NCBI GenBank assembly: GCA_965248265.1
Contig: CBDFJF010000002.1
Location: forward strand, 3,200,001 to 3,264,000
From: Candidatus Latescibacterota bacterium
GTDB taxonomy: Bacteria > Latescibacterota > UBA2968 > UBA8231
DNA: 64,000 nucleotides
Direction: 5' to 3'
Shown here: piece by piece, positions 28,071 to 38,600 of the stretch
Layout of the letters: every line of letters starts with the position of its first letter
Numbering within the stretch: position 1 is the first letter of the stretch
The notes under the pieces: model-generated
The model's database searches: none
The model's input: the letters and a program-made list of their open reading frames with translations, nothing else
What the model was told of the DNA's origin: nothing
Made by a program: the position numbers and the translations under genes

Positions 28071-29479
28071 TGTCCCAATCTTCTCCTCCTCCGTCCCCGA
28101 GCAATGGTCGCAGCCTGGAGCGCATGCCGCCCCATGCGCTCGAAGTCGAGCGCGCCGTACTGGGCGCGACCCTGATCGATCAGCGCGCTGTCGGTCGAGC
28201 GATCGAGCTGCTGGATGAGCGTTATTTCTACCACGCGGCGCACAGCAAGATTTTTCAGGCCGTCGTGGCGCTGTACGAACGCAACGAGCCCGTGGATCAG
28301 CTGACCCTGGGTGAGGAGCTGAAGCGACGCGGGCAACTGCAGGAAGTCGGAGACGTCATTTACCTGGCCACCCTGGCGTCGGAGGTGGCCACAGCCGCGA
28401 ACATCGATCACCACGCCAAGATCGTCCTGGAGAAGGCACTGCAACGAGCCCTCATCGATACATCTTCTGCAGTGGCGGAGCGCGCCTATGAAGGTGCTAC
28501 CGAGATTCAGGAGCTCATCGACTGGACCGAACAGCGCATTTTCTCGATTTCGGAACGGCGCTTGTCGGCGGGATTCGAGCCCATCGACAGCGTGCTGCAC
28601 GAGACCTTCGAGTACCTGGAGCGGGCCAACAATCGCGTCAGCTCGGTGTCCGGAGTCGATACCGGCTACGCCGACATGAACGACATGACATCCGGTTTTC
28701 AGTCGGGCGACCTGATCATCCTGGCGGCACGGCCCAGTGTGGGCAAGACCGCGCTGGCTCTGTGTATGGCCCGCAACGCCGCGGTTGAGGCGGGCGTCGG
28801 GGTCGCCATCATGAGCCTGGAAATGTCGAAGCAGCAGGTCGCCCAGCGCCTGTTGTGCATTGAGACCAGAGTGGATCTGCACAAGATGCGCACCGGTCGG
28901 CTGCGTGAGGATGACTGGCTCCACCTGACTCGCAACGTCAACCGGCTTGCTCAGGCGCCGATCTATATCGATGACACTCCGGGGATCTCGGTGCTGGAAG
29001 CCCGTGCGAAGGCGCGACGTCTCAAGCGCGAGCACGGGATCGGACTGGTCATCATCGATTACCTGCAGTTGATGTCATCGCACGAACGCGTCAACAGCCG
29101 GGAGCAGGAAGTATCGCAGATATCCAGAGGAATGAAAGGGCTGGCGAAGGAGCTGGACGTTCCGGTGTTGGCGCTGTCCCAGCTATCGCGAGCGACCGAA
29201 TCCAGAACCGACCGTCGGCCCCAGCTCTCCGACCTGCGCGAGAGCGGCTCGTTGGAGCAGGATGCCGATGTCGTCATGTTCATCTACCGTTCCGACTACT
29301 ACGGAGCCAAGGTCGAAGACGAACCCGAGATGGAGGGCGTCGCCGAGATCATCATCGGCAAGCAGCGCAATGGGCCGACCGGTTCCGTGAAGCTGATGTG
29401 GAATGCAGCATGCGCCAGTTTCGAGAATCTAGCCCCAGAATTCCGAATCGAGCAGGAAACCGAGTTTCCGACTCCCTAG
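28070..29479 (+). CDS. dnaB: Replicative DNA helicase
   Basis: 'LIILAARPSVGKT', 'SLEMS', 'IIDYLQL', 'LSQLSR', 'LSDLRESGSLEQDAD', 'KQRNGPTG'. No intein. Confidence 0.98.
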   Translation: MSQSSPPPSPSNGRSLERMPPHALEVERAVLGATLIDQRAVGRAIELLDERYFYHAAHSKIFQAVVALYERNEPVDQLTLGEELKRRGQLQEVGDVIYLATLASEVATAANIDHHAKIVLEKALQRALIDTSSAVAERAYEGATEIQELIDWTEQRIFSISERRLSAGFEPIDSVLHETFEYLERANNRVSSVSGVDTGYADMNDMTSGFQSGDLIILAARPSVGKTALALCMARNAAVEAGVGVAIMSLEMSKQQVAQRLLCIETRVDLHKMRTGRLREDDWLHLTRNVNRLAQAPIYIDDTPGISVLEARAKARRLKREHGIGLVIIDYLQLMSSHERVNSREQEVSQISRGMKGLAKELDVPVLALSQLSRATESRTDRRPQLSDLRESGSLEQDADVVMFIYRSDYYGAKVEDEPEMEGVAEIIIGKQRNGPTGSVKLMWNAACASFENLAPEFRIEQETEFPTP

Positions 29480-29510
29480 GCCGAAGCCTACTCTGGTGAT
29501 GTGTGCGTGA

Positions 29511-30137
29511 ATGCCAGCCTCCGGTTATCCTGTTCCGGCCAGTACGTGCGAAGCGGAAACACGTTTCAAAAACTCCCGCTTCATCGGCACGGCAGGTCCG
29601 ACCGCCAGCGTTGAGGCCGCCCAGGAATTCATCGATTCGATCCGCAGTCGCTTTCCCGACGCCTCTCATCATGTGTACGCCTTCTCGATCGGCTACGGCG
29701 CAACCGTGACCGAGGGCATGAGTGACGACGGCGAACCCCCGGGCACAGCAGGCCGTCCTGTTCTGGCCGTCGTCAAAGGCTCCGGTCTGGGCGACGTGGC
29801 CGTTGTCATTACCAGGTTCTTCGGTGGCACCAAGTTGGGAACGGGGGGACTGGTGAGGGCCTACACCCAGACGGCACAGCAGGTACTGGGTGAACTCGAG
29901 ACCACTCGCAAGATTGAGCGTATCGGCGCCACCCTGCATGTTTCCTACAGACTGCACGCCGCCTGTCGCCGCGCCCTGGAAGAGGTCGGTGCCATCATAC
30001 ACAATGAGGTGTTCGACTCCCAGGTAACGATCGAACTGCTGTTCGCCGAAGAAGACCGACAGGCAGTGGTCGAGGCCGTCACCGAAGCCAGCGCCGGCGC
30101 TGCTGATCTGACCCTTGCTGGTGGCAACATCCCATGA
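29511..30137 (+). CDS. yigZ: YigZ/IMPACT family protein
   Basis: 'KNSRFIG', 'DASHHVYAF', 'SDDGEPPGTAGRP', 'TRFFGGTKLGTGGLVRAY'. Confidence 0.93.
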   Translation: MPASGYPVPASTCEAETRFKNSRFIGTAGPTASVEAAQEFIDSIRSRFPDASHHVYAFSIGYGATVTEGMSDDGEPPGTAGRPVLAVVKGSGLGDVAVVITRFFGGTKLGTGGLVRAYTQTAQQVLGELETTRKIERIGATLHVSYRLHAACRRALEEVGAIIHNEVFDSQVTIELLFAEEDRQAVVEAVTEASAGAADLTLAGGNIP

Positions 30138-30171
30138 CACATCGAAACACGAACCGAAAAGGAATTCCCGG

Positions 30172-31176
30172 ATGGCCGACAACCCGCGTGTGATCATCAG
30201 CGGCTTCGCCGACGAGGGCCCACTGGACAAGAAAGCTGAGTCCCAGCTTGTCATGTTGGCAGCGCTGGGAATGTCCTACTACAGCCTGCGCTTCACCGAC
30301 GTGGGGGGTGGTGTGAAGAACGTGATGCAGCTCAACAACCGTGAAGTGAAGCGGCTGTGCCGGTTGCACGCCGAGTTCGGGATCCGCGTTTCATCCATCG
30401 GCTCGCCGATAGGCAAGGTGAAACTCTTCGATGTCGATGACGGTACATCCAACGCCTTCGTCCCCTTCGACAGGTACCTGGAGCGGGAGGTGGCACGGGC
30501 GATCGAACTGGCGCAAGCGTTCGATACCAAGTTGATTCGCGGCTTCTCCTTCTATCACCCTAAGGGTACGGCTCCCGAAGATCACCTCGACGAGGCCACC
30601 GAGCGCCTCAGTCGCATTGCCGATGCCTGCTCCAACGCAGGTGTCTACTTCGGTCTGGAGGTCGAGGCCAACCTGGTTGGCCAGAGTGGTCGGCTGCTGC
30701 AGAAACTCTACCGCGGCGTGGATGATCCCCATCTGTGTCTGATCTTTGACGGCGGCAATCTCAGCACCCAGAACATGGACGTGACACAGATTCTCGCCGA
30801 GTACCGCGCCATGCGGGAAGGCATAGGTTGGATTCACATCAAAGACTACAAAATCGATCCGAATCTGAAGTGGAAGGGACACGTGGATGAAGATCGACTG
30901 CGCAACTTCGTACCGTCGGATCGCGGTGATTCCGGCCATGAGGCGATTCTCAGTGACTTCAGGAGCAAGCTACCTGCCCTGGAACGAAAGCTGAAGCGTC
31001 GCGGCATACCCGGAGTGTTCCTGGATCTTGAGCCTCACCTCAAGGGTGGGGGGCAGTTTGGCGGGTTCAGCGGTCCGGATGGATTCGGTGTGGCCCTGCG
31101 GGCGCTGTTGAAGCTGCTCGACTACGTCAACATCAGCTACGATCTCACTCAATACGACCAGTTGGGCTCCCCATGA
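30172..31176 (+). CDS. Sugar phosphate isomerase/epimerase (xylose isomerase-like TIM barrel)
   Basis: 'ISGFADE', 'SSIGSPIGK', 'IRGFSFY', 'FDGGN', 'HIKD', 'LEPHL'. Likely start ATG 30172. Confidence 0.85.
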   Translation: MADNPRVIISGFADEGPLDKKAESQLVMLAALGMSYYSLRFTDVGGGVKNVMQLNNREVKRLCRLHAEFGIRVSSIGSPIGKVKLFDVDDGTSNAFVPFDRYLEREVARAIELAQAFDTKLIRGFSFYHPKGTAPEDHLDEATERLSRIADACSNAGVYFGLEVEANLVGQSGRLLQKLYRGVDDPHLCLIFDGGNLSTQNMDVTQILAEYRAMREGIGWIHIKDYKIDPNLKWKGHVDEDRLRNFVPSDRGDSGHEAILSDFRSKLPALERKLKRRGIPGVFLDLEPHLKGGGQFGGFSGPDGFGVALRALLKLLDYVNISYDLTQYDQLGSP

Positions 31177-32678
31177 CTGATTCGTACGAGCAATTCCTCT
31201 CGCTGGCCAGGGAACTCAACGACCTGGGACACGCACAGACCCTCCTGAGCTGGGATCAGGAAACCTACATGCCCCGCAAAGCGGCTCAACAGCGAGCCAG
31301 TACCCTCGGAGCCATGGCCGGCGTCTTACACGAAAAGCTGGTGGCTCCGAGCTTGGTCGAACTGGTGGGCGAGTTGAGCGAGTCCCGGCTTGAGGGTGAT
31401 CGCGGCGTCAATGTCCGTGAACTCAAGCGCGAACAGGATCGAGCCGTCAAGGTGCCACAGGAATTGGTGGTGAAGTTGACGGAGACCGAGTCGCTGGCCC
31501 ACGAAGCCTGGGTGGACGCACGGGAGAAGTCCGAATTCGACCTCTTCCGCCCCTGGTTGGACAAGGTGCTGGAACTCCAACTCGAGGTCGCTCATCTGAT
31601 CGGATTTGAAGGGTCGATCTACAACGCCTTCCTCGATATCTACGAGCCCGACGCCCGCGTGGAGGAGGTCTGGCCCGTACTCGAAGATTTGGGGCGCCGC
31701 CTGGTTCCGCTGGTGGAACGGATCGGTCAAACCGGAAAGACCCCCGGGTATGTGTTCGGGGAGGGCAAGGAGTTCCCAGTGAAACAGCAGGAGGCGTTCG
31801 GCAAGAGGGTACTCGGCGAACTCGGTTTCGACATGGAGGCCGGGCGCTTGGACGTTTCCGTGCATCCGTTCTGTACCAGCATGTCTGCCAGTGATGTCCG
31901 TCTGACCACTCGTTATGGCACGGACGAGTTCACACAGTCCCTGTTCGGCATCATTCACGAGTGCGGGCACGGACTCTACGAACAAGGACTGCCCCCGGAG
32001 GCCGTAGGCACGCCCTTGTGTAGTGCAGTGTCTCTGGGAATCCACGAGTCGCAGTCGCGCCTGTGGGAGAACATGGTCGGCCGGAGCCGGGAGTTCTGGG
32101 AGCATTACTTGCCGCTGCTGAAAGAGTCCTTTCCCGAACAGCTGCGCGATATCGACCTCGACACCTTTTACGCTGCGGCCAATCATGTGGAGCCTTCCAC
32201 CATCCGCGTCGAAGCAGATGAGGTCACCTACAACCTGCATATTCTGCTGCGCACCGAGTTGGAGATCGGCATGGTCGAAGGGGATATCGCGACAATTGAC
32301 TTGCCCGCCGTCTGGAACGAGCGCATGGAGCAGTACCTCGGTGTCTGCCCCCCAACCGACGCCGAGGGGGTGTTGCAGGACGTGCACTGGTCTTTCGGCG
32401 GGATTGGCTATTTTCCGACCTACGCTCTGGGCAATCTGTACGCCGCTCAACTCTTCGACGCGGCAAAACGACAGATTCCCGGGCTGTTGGCTGACATCAG
32501 TCACGGCTCCTTCGAGAACCTGCTGTCGTGGCTGAGGCAGCAGGTTCACGACCAAGGTGCCAGGCTACGTGCTGGGGAGCTCGTCCAGGCCGTGACCGGC
32601 CATGAGCTTCAATCAAGCTATCTGATGGACTACCTGGAGACCAAATTCGGCCAGCTTTACGAACTGGACGATCAGTAA
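31173..32678 (+). CDS. Carboxypeptidase, family M32 (Taq-type)
   Basis: 'LLSWDQETYMP', 'HPF', 'IHECGHGLYEQG', 'HESQS', 'IRVEADE', 'LQDVHW', 'YFPTY.LG'. Confidence 0.96.
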   Translation: MTDSYEQFLSLARELNDLGHAQTLLSWDQETYMPRKAAQQRASTLGAMAGVLHEKLVAPSLVELVGELSESRLEGDRGVNVRELKREQDRAVKVPQELVVKLTETESLAHEAWVDAREKSEFDLFRPWLDKVLELQLEVAHLIGFEGSIYNAFLDIYEPDARVEEVWPVLEDLGRRLVPLVERIGQTGKTPGYVFGEGKEFPVKQQEAFGKRVLGELGFDMEAGRLDVSVHPFCTSMSASDVRLTTRYGTDEFTQSLFGIIHECGHGLYEQGLPPEAVGTPLCSAVSLGIHESQSRLWENMVGRSREFWEHYLPLLKESFPEQLRDIDLDTFYAAANHVEPSTIRVEADEVTYNLHILLRTELEIGMVEGDIATIDLPAVWNERMEQYLGVCPPTDAEGVLQDVHWSFGGIGYFPTYALGNLYAAQLFDAAKRQIPGLLADISHGSFENLLSWLRQQVHDQGARLRAGELVQAVTGHELQSSYLMDYLETKFGQLYELDDQ

Positions 32679-32730
32679 CCTGAACCGCAGCCCACGGTCG
32701 TCCAAGCAGTGTGTTTGATTATTGCGAGGA

Positions 32731-33285
32731 CTATCTCGGGCTATCAGCGACTGGCCGAATCTCCTCATTCGATATCCTACTGCCGGTTGCGCGGTCCTGG
32801 CCCTGATACTTGCCCCGGTAGGGGGTCTCGGCAGCTCGGTCGAGGCGGGCGAACACGAGCTGGCATATCCTCCGCCCTTCCTGTAGCCTGATGGGCAGTC
32901 GGTTGGCGTTGAACAGCTGCAGGGTGATCGTGCCCTCGAAACCCGGGTCGACCCACCCGGCGTTCTGGATGAACAGGCCGATCCGGCCGATGGAGCTGCG
33001 ACCTTCCACGAAGGCGGTGAGGTCGTCAGGAAGGCGGATCGTCTCCTTGGTGGTGGCCAGCAGAAACGAATGGGGTGGGATCACGATCTCGCTCTGCACC
33101 AGTTCCTGGTAGGTTATTTCTGCGTCGAGACGGATGGCGTCGAGCCGGTTCTCATCAACTTTCAGGAAGTGGTTGCTCAGGCGCAGGTCGACGGAAGCGG
33201 GCTGCAGCTGCTCGGGGGTGAGTGGATCCACCGCAAGCTTGCCGGTTTCCAGGTACTCCCGTATCGAGATGTCAGACAGAATCAT
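32731..33285 (-). CDS. dcd: dCTP deaminase
   Basis: Start ATG 33285 overlaps the pepA stop (ATGA). 'MILSD', 'QPASVDLRL', '[11 protein letters not shown]', '[10 protein letters not shown]'. Confidence 0.94.
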   Translation of the reverse strand: MILSDISIREYLETGKLAVDPLTPEQLQPASVDLRLSNHFLKVDENRLDAIRLDAEITYQELVQSEIVIPPHSFLLATTKETIRLPDDLTAFVEGRSSIGRIGLFIQNAGWVDPGFEGTITLQLFNANRLPIRLQEGRRICQLVFARLDRAAETPYRGKYQGQDRATGSRISNEEIRPVADSPR

Positions 33286-34811
33286 TCCCCGGGTGCCTTC
33301 CAGGTGCGTGCCAATTGAGTTAACAGGCGCACGCCGACACCGACGCCGCCCTTCGGGATGTAGGGTTTCGGCTTCGCGGACCAAGCGGTGCCAGCGATGT
33401 CGAGGTGGACCCAGGGATAGGATTTGGTGAATTCGGCAAGCAGCATGGCCCCGGTGATGGCGCCGGCCGCCCGTCCACCCGCGTTCTTCATGTCGGCGAT
33501 CGAGCTGCGGATACTGGCGCGGTAGTCGTCCCACAAGGGCAATTGCCATGTGCGCTCACCGGTCTCCTCACCGGCCTTCGATACCCGGTTCGCCAGCTTC
33601 TGATTGTTCGTCATCAGGCCGCTGGCATGGTGTCCGAGGGCGACGACGCAGGCCCCCGTCAAGGTGGCAAGGTCGATGACGGCCGCCGGCTTGTAGCGCT
33701 GTGCATAACCGAGCGCGTCTGCCAGTATCAGGCGGCCTTCGGCGTCGGTGTTGATGATCTCGATCGTTTGCCCCGTAAGGGTCTTGAGCACATCTCCCGG
33801 CTTGAGGGCAGTGGAACTGGGTAGATTTTCCGTCGCCGCGATCAAGCCGACGACGTGGCGGGGAACCTTCAACGCGGCAACCGCCTGCATGGCTCCGAAC
33901 ACGGCGGCGGCTCCAGACATATCGAATTTCATGTCTTCCATGCCGCTTCCCGGCTTCAGGGAAATACCGCCGCTGTCAAAGGTGACTCCTTTGCCGACGA
34001 AGACCAGAGGGCCTGCGGAGCCGGCTTTGCCTCGCTTGCCTGCATCGTGTTCCAAAATGATGAAGCGGGCAGGTTGCTGGCTGCCTCGCGAGACCCCCAA
34101 CAGGGCGCCCATGCCCAGCTTCTTCATGGCGCTTTCATCCAGGATGCGGCAGCGCAGTCCATACTGTCGTCCCAGGCGGCGCGCGATGCCGGCGAGGTAG
34201 GTCGGAGTCGCGGTGTTGCCCGGTTGGTTGGCCAGATCGCGTGCCAGGCAGGTTGCTTCGGCAATGCTCTTGCCGGCCTTTACCCCTTTGCGAATGGCGG
34301 TCATGCGGGTCGGATCGAATTCCACGACGGTCAATGTCTTCAACCGTTTTCCGGGGGGTTCATCCGATGACGGGGCAGTAGTGTATTCGTCGAAACGGTA
34401 GCAGCCCAGCAGAGATCCCTCAGCCAGGGCTTGAGCGGCATCCTCGACAGCAAGACCACCGGCGCCCGCTCCGTGCAGGATGGTACTGGCGCGCTCTATG
34501 CCTAGGCTCTGCAGCTTGCGAGCCGCCGTGCCCGCGGCCTGGCGGATGCCTTCCAGTGACAGGGCTTTGCGCTTGCCCAGACCGACCAGCAGGACTCTCT
34601 TGGGCAGGCCTCGATTCTGCGTGTAGAGGACGGTGGTCTGGTTCTTCTTACCGGAAAAATCACCGCTTTTCAGTACCGTGCTCACCAGACCGTGTACCGC
34701 CGTATCCATGGCTGCGGTGGCCCCCCCGGGCTTGGTGCCTTCGAAGAGGTTGACGACGACGGCTGCGTCCGTGCGCTTTTGAATTTCGCCCTGCTGTACT
34801 GTAATATTCAT
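33282..34811 (-). CDS. pepA: Leucyl aminopeptidase (M17)
   Basis: '[16 protein letters not shown]', 'MKFDMSGAA', '[12 protein letters not shown]', 'ATLTGA', 'HLDIAG'. Confidence 0.97.
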   Translation of the reverse strand: MNITVQQGEIQKRTDAAVVVNLFEGTKPGGATAAMDTAVHGLVSTVLKSGDFSGKKNQTTVLYTQNRGLPKRVLLVGLGKRKALSLEGIRQAAGTAARKLQSLGIERASTILHGAGAGGLAVEDAAQALAEGSLLGCYRFDEYTTAPSSDEPPGKRLKTLTVVEFDPTRMTAIRKGVKAGKSIAEATCLARDLANQPGNTATPTYLAGIARRLGRQYGLRCRILDESAMKKLGMGALLGVSRGSQQPARFIILEHDAGKRGKAGSAGPLVFVGKGVTFDSGGISLKPGSGMEDMKFDMSGAAAVFGAMQAVAALKVPRHVVGLIAATENLPSSTALKPGDVLKTLTGQTIEIINTDAEGRLILADALGYAQRYKPAAVIDLATLTGACVVALGHHASGLMTNNQKLANRVSKAGEETGERTWQLPLWDDYRASIRSSIADMKNAGGRAAGAITGAMLLAEFTKSYPWVHLDIAGTAWSAKPKPYIPKGGVGVGVRLLTQLARTWKAPGE

Positions 34812-34879
34812 GCTTCTCTCGACTGGTGTAGGCGGTGGATCAGGAGCGGAAAGGGAGGAATCGGGCTCAAGCGCGAGCC

Positions 34880-34908
34880 ATAATACGGGCGCCTATATGG
34901 CCTGTCAA
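34880..34908 (-). promoter_or_regulatory. Putative sigma70 promoter for pepA-dcd
   Basis: Minus strand TTGACA-N17-TATTAT, about 70 bp upstream of the pepA start. Confidence 0.65.
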
Positions 34909-34930
34909 CTCACACAGAGGTGATCGAACT

Positions 34931-35275
34931 ATGAAGGCTTTCGGACTCGCCCTCAACTTGAAAGACGACCCGGATGTGATTGCAAAGTACAGGGAATACC
35001 ACAGAAATCCCTGGCCGGAACCCCTTCAAGGCCTCGGCGAGGTCGGCGTCACGGACATGAAGATCTTTCTGTTGGGCAGGAGTATGTTTATGTACATGAC
35101 CACGGTAGACGATTTTGTTGCTGAGCGTGATTTCGCCGAGTACGTGGAGAAGAACCCGCGGGCGGCGGAGTGGGACGAATTGATGCGAACCTTCCAGGAG
35201 CCGGTCCCCGAGGCCAAGGATGGGGAGTGGTGGGCGTTGATGGAACCGGTGTTTGATCTGCAATTGCATGTGTAA
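34931..35275 (+). CDS. L-rhamnose mutarotase family protein
   Basis: 'LKDDPDVIAKY.EYH..PWPE', 'MKIF', 'EWDELM..FQEP.P....EWW..ME.VF.L'. Start ATG 34931 after a GAGG RBS. Confidence 0.85.
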   Translation: MKAFGLALNLKDDPDVIAKYREYHRNPWPEPLQGLGEVGVTDMKIFLLGRSMFMYMTTVDDFVAERDFAEYVEKNPRAAEWDELMRTFQEPVPEAKDGEWWALMEPVFDLQLHV

Positions 35276-36356
35276 GTATAACTTCAACCCCGGGCCAAGC
35301 ATCTTGCCCGAGTGCGTGCGTGCGGAGGTCGCCGCTTCGCTGGCGTGTCCCAGCGGGGATATCTCCATCCTCGAAGTGAGCCATCGCGGCGGGCAGTACC
35401 GTGCCATCCATGACGAAGCGCTGGCACGCTGTCGTTCGCTGTACGCTGTGCCTGAGGAATTCGCCATTCTGCTGCTGCAGGGCGGAGCCTCGCTGCAGTT
35501 TGCCATGGTGCCACAGAATCTGCTGCGTCCCGGTCGCTCGGCAGACTACCTGGAAACTGGCGCGTGGTCGGCCAGGGCGCTGGCCGAAGCCAGGGCTGGC
35601 GGTACTTCCTGCCGGATCGCCGCGAGCAGTCGCGATCAGGGCTTCGACCACATTCCAGAACAGGGTGAATTCGATCTGGATGATGGGGCCGAGTACCTGC
35701 ACCTGACGACGAACAACACGATTTACGGCACCCAGTTCCCAGAGCTACCCGAGGCCGGTGGAGTGCCGATCGTAGCGGATATGTCCTCGGATCTGTTGTC
35801 GCGGCCGGTTTCCTGGATTGATGCAGGAATCGGCCTGGCCTATGGCGGCGCCCAGAAGAATGCCGGGGTGGCCGGACTGACCATCGTCATTATCCGGCGA
35901 GATCTGTTGAGTCGCGAGTGCTCGTCGACACCGGTCGTTCTGAGGTACTCGACGCACCTCGACGCAAACTCCCTTTACAATACACCGCCGGTATTCTCCG
36001 TCTACGTGTTTGGCCTGGTGCTGAAATGGCTGGAGACCCAGGGGGGGTTGGAAACGATCGATCGGCAAAACCAGGTCAAGGCGAAGATTCTCTACGATGC
36101 CATCGACAATTCCGAGGGCTTTTACCGGGGTCACGCTCGTGTCAGCAGTCGGTCATTGATGAACATCACCTTCAATCTGGGTTCCACCGAAGACACATCC
36201 CGCCTCCTTGAAGAAGCTGCGAACGCCGGCATGGTCGGCCTCGCCGGACATCGTTCGATTGGCGGGGTCCGTGCCTCAGTCTACAATGCCTTGCCGATCG
36301 AGAGCTGCCAGGCTCTCGCGGAGTTGATGGTAGACTTCGCTCGGCGTCACGGATAG
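35268..36356 (+). CDS. serC: Phosphoserine aminotransferase
   Basis: 'NFNPGP', 'EVSHR', 'LQGGASLQF', 'NNTIYG', 'DMSS', 'GAQKN', 'LYNTPP', 'GHRSIGG.RAS.YNA'. Confidence 0.96.
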   Translation: MCKYNFNPGPSILPECVRAEVAASLACPSGDISILEVSHRGGQYRAIHDEALARCRSLYAVPEEFAILLLQGGASLQFAMVPQNLLRPGRSADYLETGAWSARALAEARAGGTSCRIAASSRDQGFDHIPEQGEFDLDDGAEYLHLTTNNTIYGTQFPELPEAGGVPIVADMSSDLLSRPVSWIDAGIGLAYGGAQKNAGVAGLTIVIIRRDLLSRECSSTPVVLRYSTHLDANSLYNTPPVFSVYVFGLVLKWLETQGGLETIDRQNQVKAKILYDAIDNSEGFYRGHARVSSRSLMNITFNLGSTEDTSRLLEEAANAGMVGLAGHRSIGGVRASVYNALPIESCQALAELMVDFARRHG

Positions 36357-36369
36357 GGGAAGGGGAGAC

Positions 36370-37425
36370 ATGAATACGGCTATGAGTGCATTCGGTGGCT
36401 TGTTGTTCCTGGCGCTTGCCGTCGCCGGTACCTTCCTCATGTACCGAATCTGGGGCTATCCCTACGATGAGAAGGCGGGGCGCAGTACCGCTCCCGCGGG
36501 ACTGGTCGTAACCCACCGCATCATCGGCACGTGTTATGTAATCCTCTACGTGTTCATGATGTGGCACATGGTACCGCGGCTGTTGGAGTACCAGGTCGAG
36601 TTTCCGGTGCGCACGGTCGTCCACTTCACTCTCGGTGTGACGATCGGATTTCTCCTGGTGATCAAGCTGGCGATCATCCGGTTTTTCAAGCACTTCAGTG
36701 GTGCCCTGCCGTACCTGGGATCGGGGCTTCTATGGTGCACGGCCGTGCTGGTGACCATGTCGGTGCCGTTCGCGCTCAAGGAATGGTATTGGAGTGGCAA
36801 CGTGACGGGAGGGAATGTGTTCAGCGGCGAAAACATGGCCCGTGTCAGCAAAATTCTGCCGGTGGCCGGTTTTCCCGAGGAGGCACCATTGACCAGGTTG
36901 GCCAGCGAAGAGGGGTTGAAATTCGGCCGCAAGGTGCTGTTGTCGCGGTGCGTGACCTGTCACGATCTGAAAACCGTTCTCAGTCGACCACGAACCGCCG
37001 TGGATTGGGTACGGACAGTTCAGCGCATGGCCGAACGGCCGATATTCGGTAACCCGATCAACACCGACGAGCAGTGGGCGGTGTCCTCCTACCTGATCGC
37101 GATATCACCTGAACTGCAAAAGTCGGTCAAGCGACGTCGCCAGGATTCGGCGCGAGCCGCCGACTCAAAGGATGCAGTGCGAGCTGCCGATGCCGATGAA
37201 CTTAGGGACACCTCGGTAGCTGATTTCGACCAGGTGGCGACGGCTGAACTCTTCGAGCAGACGTGCTCGCAGTGCCACGGACTCGAGGAGGTCGAGGCCT
37301 TTCCGTTACTGACCAGAGAAGCGGTCCACGATCTCCTTGGTCGTATGGTTGAGAACGGGCTCGACGTCACGGAGCAAGAGTTGGAGCAGGTAGCCTGGTA
37401 TTTGAATGAAACCTACGTTCGTTGA
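36370..37425 (+). CDS. Membrane-anchored diheme c-type cytochrome with a 4-TM N-terminal domain
   Basis: About four hydrophobic helices in the first 140 aa; two CXXCH motifs (CVTCH, CSQCH), each followed by a candidate Met ligand ('VQRM', 'LGRM'). Confidence 0.8.
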   Translation: MNTAMSAFGGLLFLALAVAGTFLMYRIWGYPYDEKAGRSTAPAGLVVTHRIIGTCYVILYVFMMWHMVPRLLEYQVEFPVRTVVHFTLGVTIGFLLVIKLAIIRFFKHFSGALPYLGSGLLWCTAVLVTMSVPFALKEWYWSGNVTGGNVFSGENMARVSKILPVAGFPEEAPLTRLASEEGLKFGRKVLLSRCVTCHDLKTVLSRPRTAVDWVRTVQRMAERPIFGNPINTDEQWAVSSYLIAISPELQKSVKRRRQDSARAADSKDAVRAADADELRDTSVADFDQVATAELFEQTCSQCHGLEEVEAFPLLTREAVHDLLGRMVENGLDVTEQELEQVAWYLNETYVR

Positions 37426-37537
37426 CTTAGGATCCGTTTGTTGAAACAGCCACGGATGGTTAATTTCACCGAGCTACATCAACGGTCGCGCCGTCCGGCG
37501 CGACTCCTTCAATACTGAATTTTTCTGACGGAAACCG

Positions 37538-38506
37538 ATGAAGGCCATTCGATTCCATCAAGTTGGGGGACCGGATGTTCTCACCTATGAGGACGTCGCA
37601 TCGCCATCTCCGGCCAGCGGGGAAGTCTCCATCGCCATCGAGGCGATCGGACTGAACTACATCGACACCTATCACCGCAGCGGCCAGTACCCGGCTGATT
37701 TACCATGTATTCCTGGCATGGAGGCCGCAGGTAGCATCGTCGGCGTCGGGGAGGGTGTGACCGGGTTTGCCGAGGGTGATCGTGTGGCCTATGCCGGGGT
37801 CTTGGGGAGCTATGCTGAACAGGCATGTGTCGCCGTCGAGCGCCTGGTTCCCCTGCCAGACGAAACCAGTTTCGAGGATGCTGCGGCGGTGATGCTACAG
37901 GGCATGACAGCGCACTACTTGAGCCACGGCTCCTACCGACTGAGTGCTGGTGATACCGCGCTCATTCATGCCGCGGCCGGTGGCGTGGGATTGCTTTTGA
38001 CGCAGATGGCGAAGCGTTTGGGCGCCCGGGTTATCGGCACGGTGTCGACGGAAGAAAAAGAGGCGCTGGCTCGCCAGGCTGGCGCCGACGAGGTCATACG
38101 CTACACCGAAACTGATTTTGCCGATGAAGTCAGACGGTTGACGGACAACCTGGGAGTGGATGTCGTCTACGATTCCGTGGGCCAGACAACCTTCGAAAAG
38201 GGCTTGGGTCTGTTGCGGCCGCTCGGTTACATGGTCCTCTTCGGCCAATCGAGTGGTGGTGTGGCTCCGATCGATCCCCAAGTTCTGAGCGCCAACGGTT
38301 CGATTTTTCTCACCCGTCCGACGATGATGCACTATTTGCGAAGCCGTGAGGAATTGCTGTCACGCAGCGGCGACATCCTCGGTTGGGTCGGAAGCGGGGA
38401 GTTGGATGTGCGCATCGGGGAGCGCTTTGCTCTCGAGAATGCCGCTGATGCGCATCGAGCCTTGCAGGGAAGAAAAACCACGGGAAAAGTTCTGCTGATT
38501 CCGTAG
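37538..38506 (+). CDS. qor: NADPH:quinone oxidoreductase (zeta-crystallin/MDR family)
   Basis: 'GLNYIDTYHRSG', 'MLQGMTAHYL', 'HAAAGGVG', 'VYDSVG', 'TTGKVLL'. Confidence 0.94.
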   Translation: MKAIRFHQVGGPDVLTYEDVASPSPASGEVSIAIEAIGLNYIDTYHRSGQYPADLPCIPGMEAAGSIVGVGEGVTGFAEGDRVAYAGVLGSYAEQACVAVERLVPLPDETSFEDAAAVMLQGMTAHYLSHGSYRLSAGDTALIHAAAGGVGLLLTQMAKRLGARVIGTVSTEEKEALARQAGADEVIRYTETDFADEVRRLTDNLGVDVVYDSVGQTTFEKGLGLLRPLGYMVLFGQSSGGVAPIDPQVLSANGSIFLTRPTMMHYLRSREELLSRSGDILGWVGSGELDVRIGERFALENAADAHRALQGRKTTGKVLLIP

Positions 38507-38600
38507 AGAGCCATCCCTTCACCCAGCACGGACGTTGCCCACCGAGACGACCGGGCACGGCTATGAGATCCGTACCCGATTCATATCAGGAGCAGGAAGG

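Noticed and set aside
28070-29479. Intein in dnaB
   Set aside because: The length of 469 aa is normal and the helicase motifs are contiguous.
27968-32555. Minus-strand ORFs of 355, 300 and 409 aa
   Set aside because: Antisense shadows of dnaB, yigZ and the M32 peptidase.
33286-33549. N-terminal extension of the dcd ORF
   Set aside because: Lies inside pepA. The family-typical start MILSD at 33285 overlaps the pepA stop.
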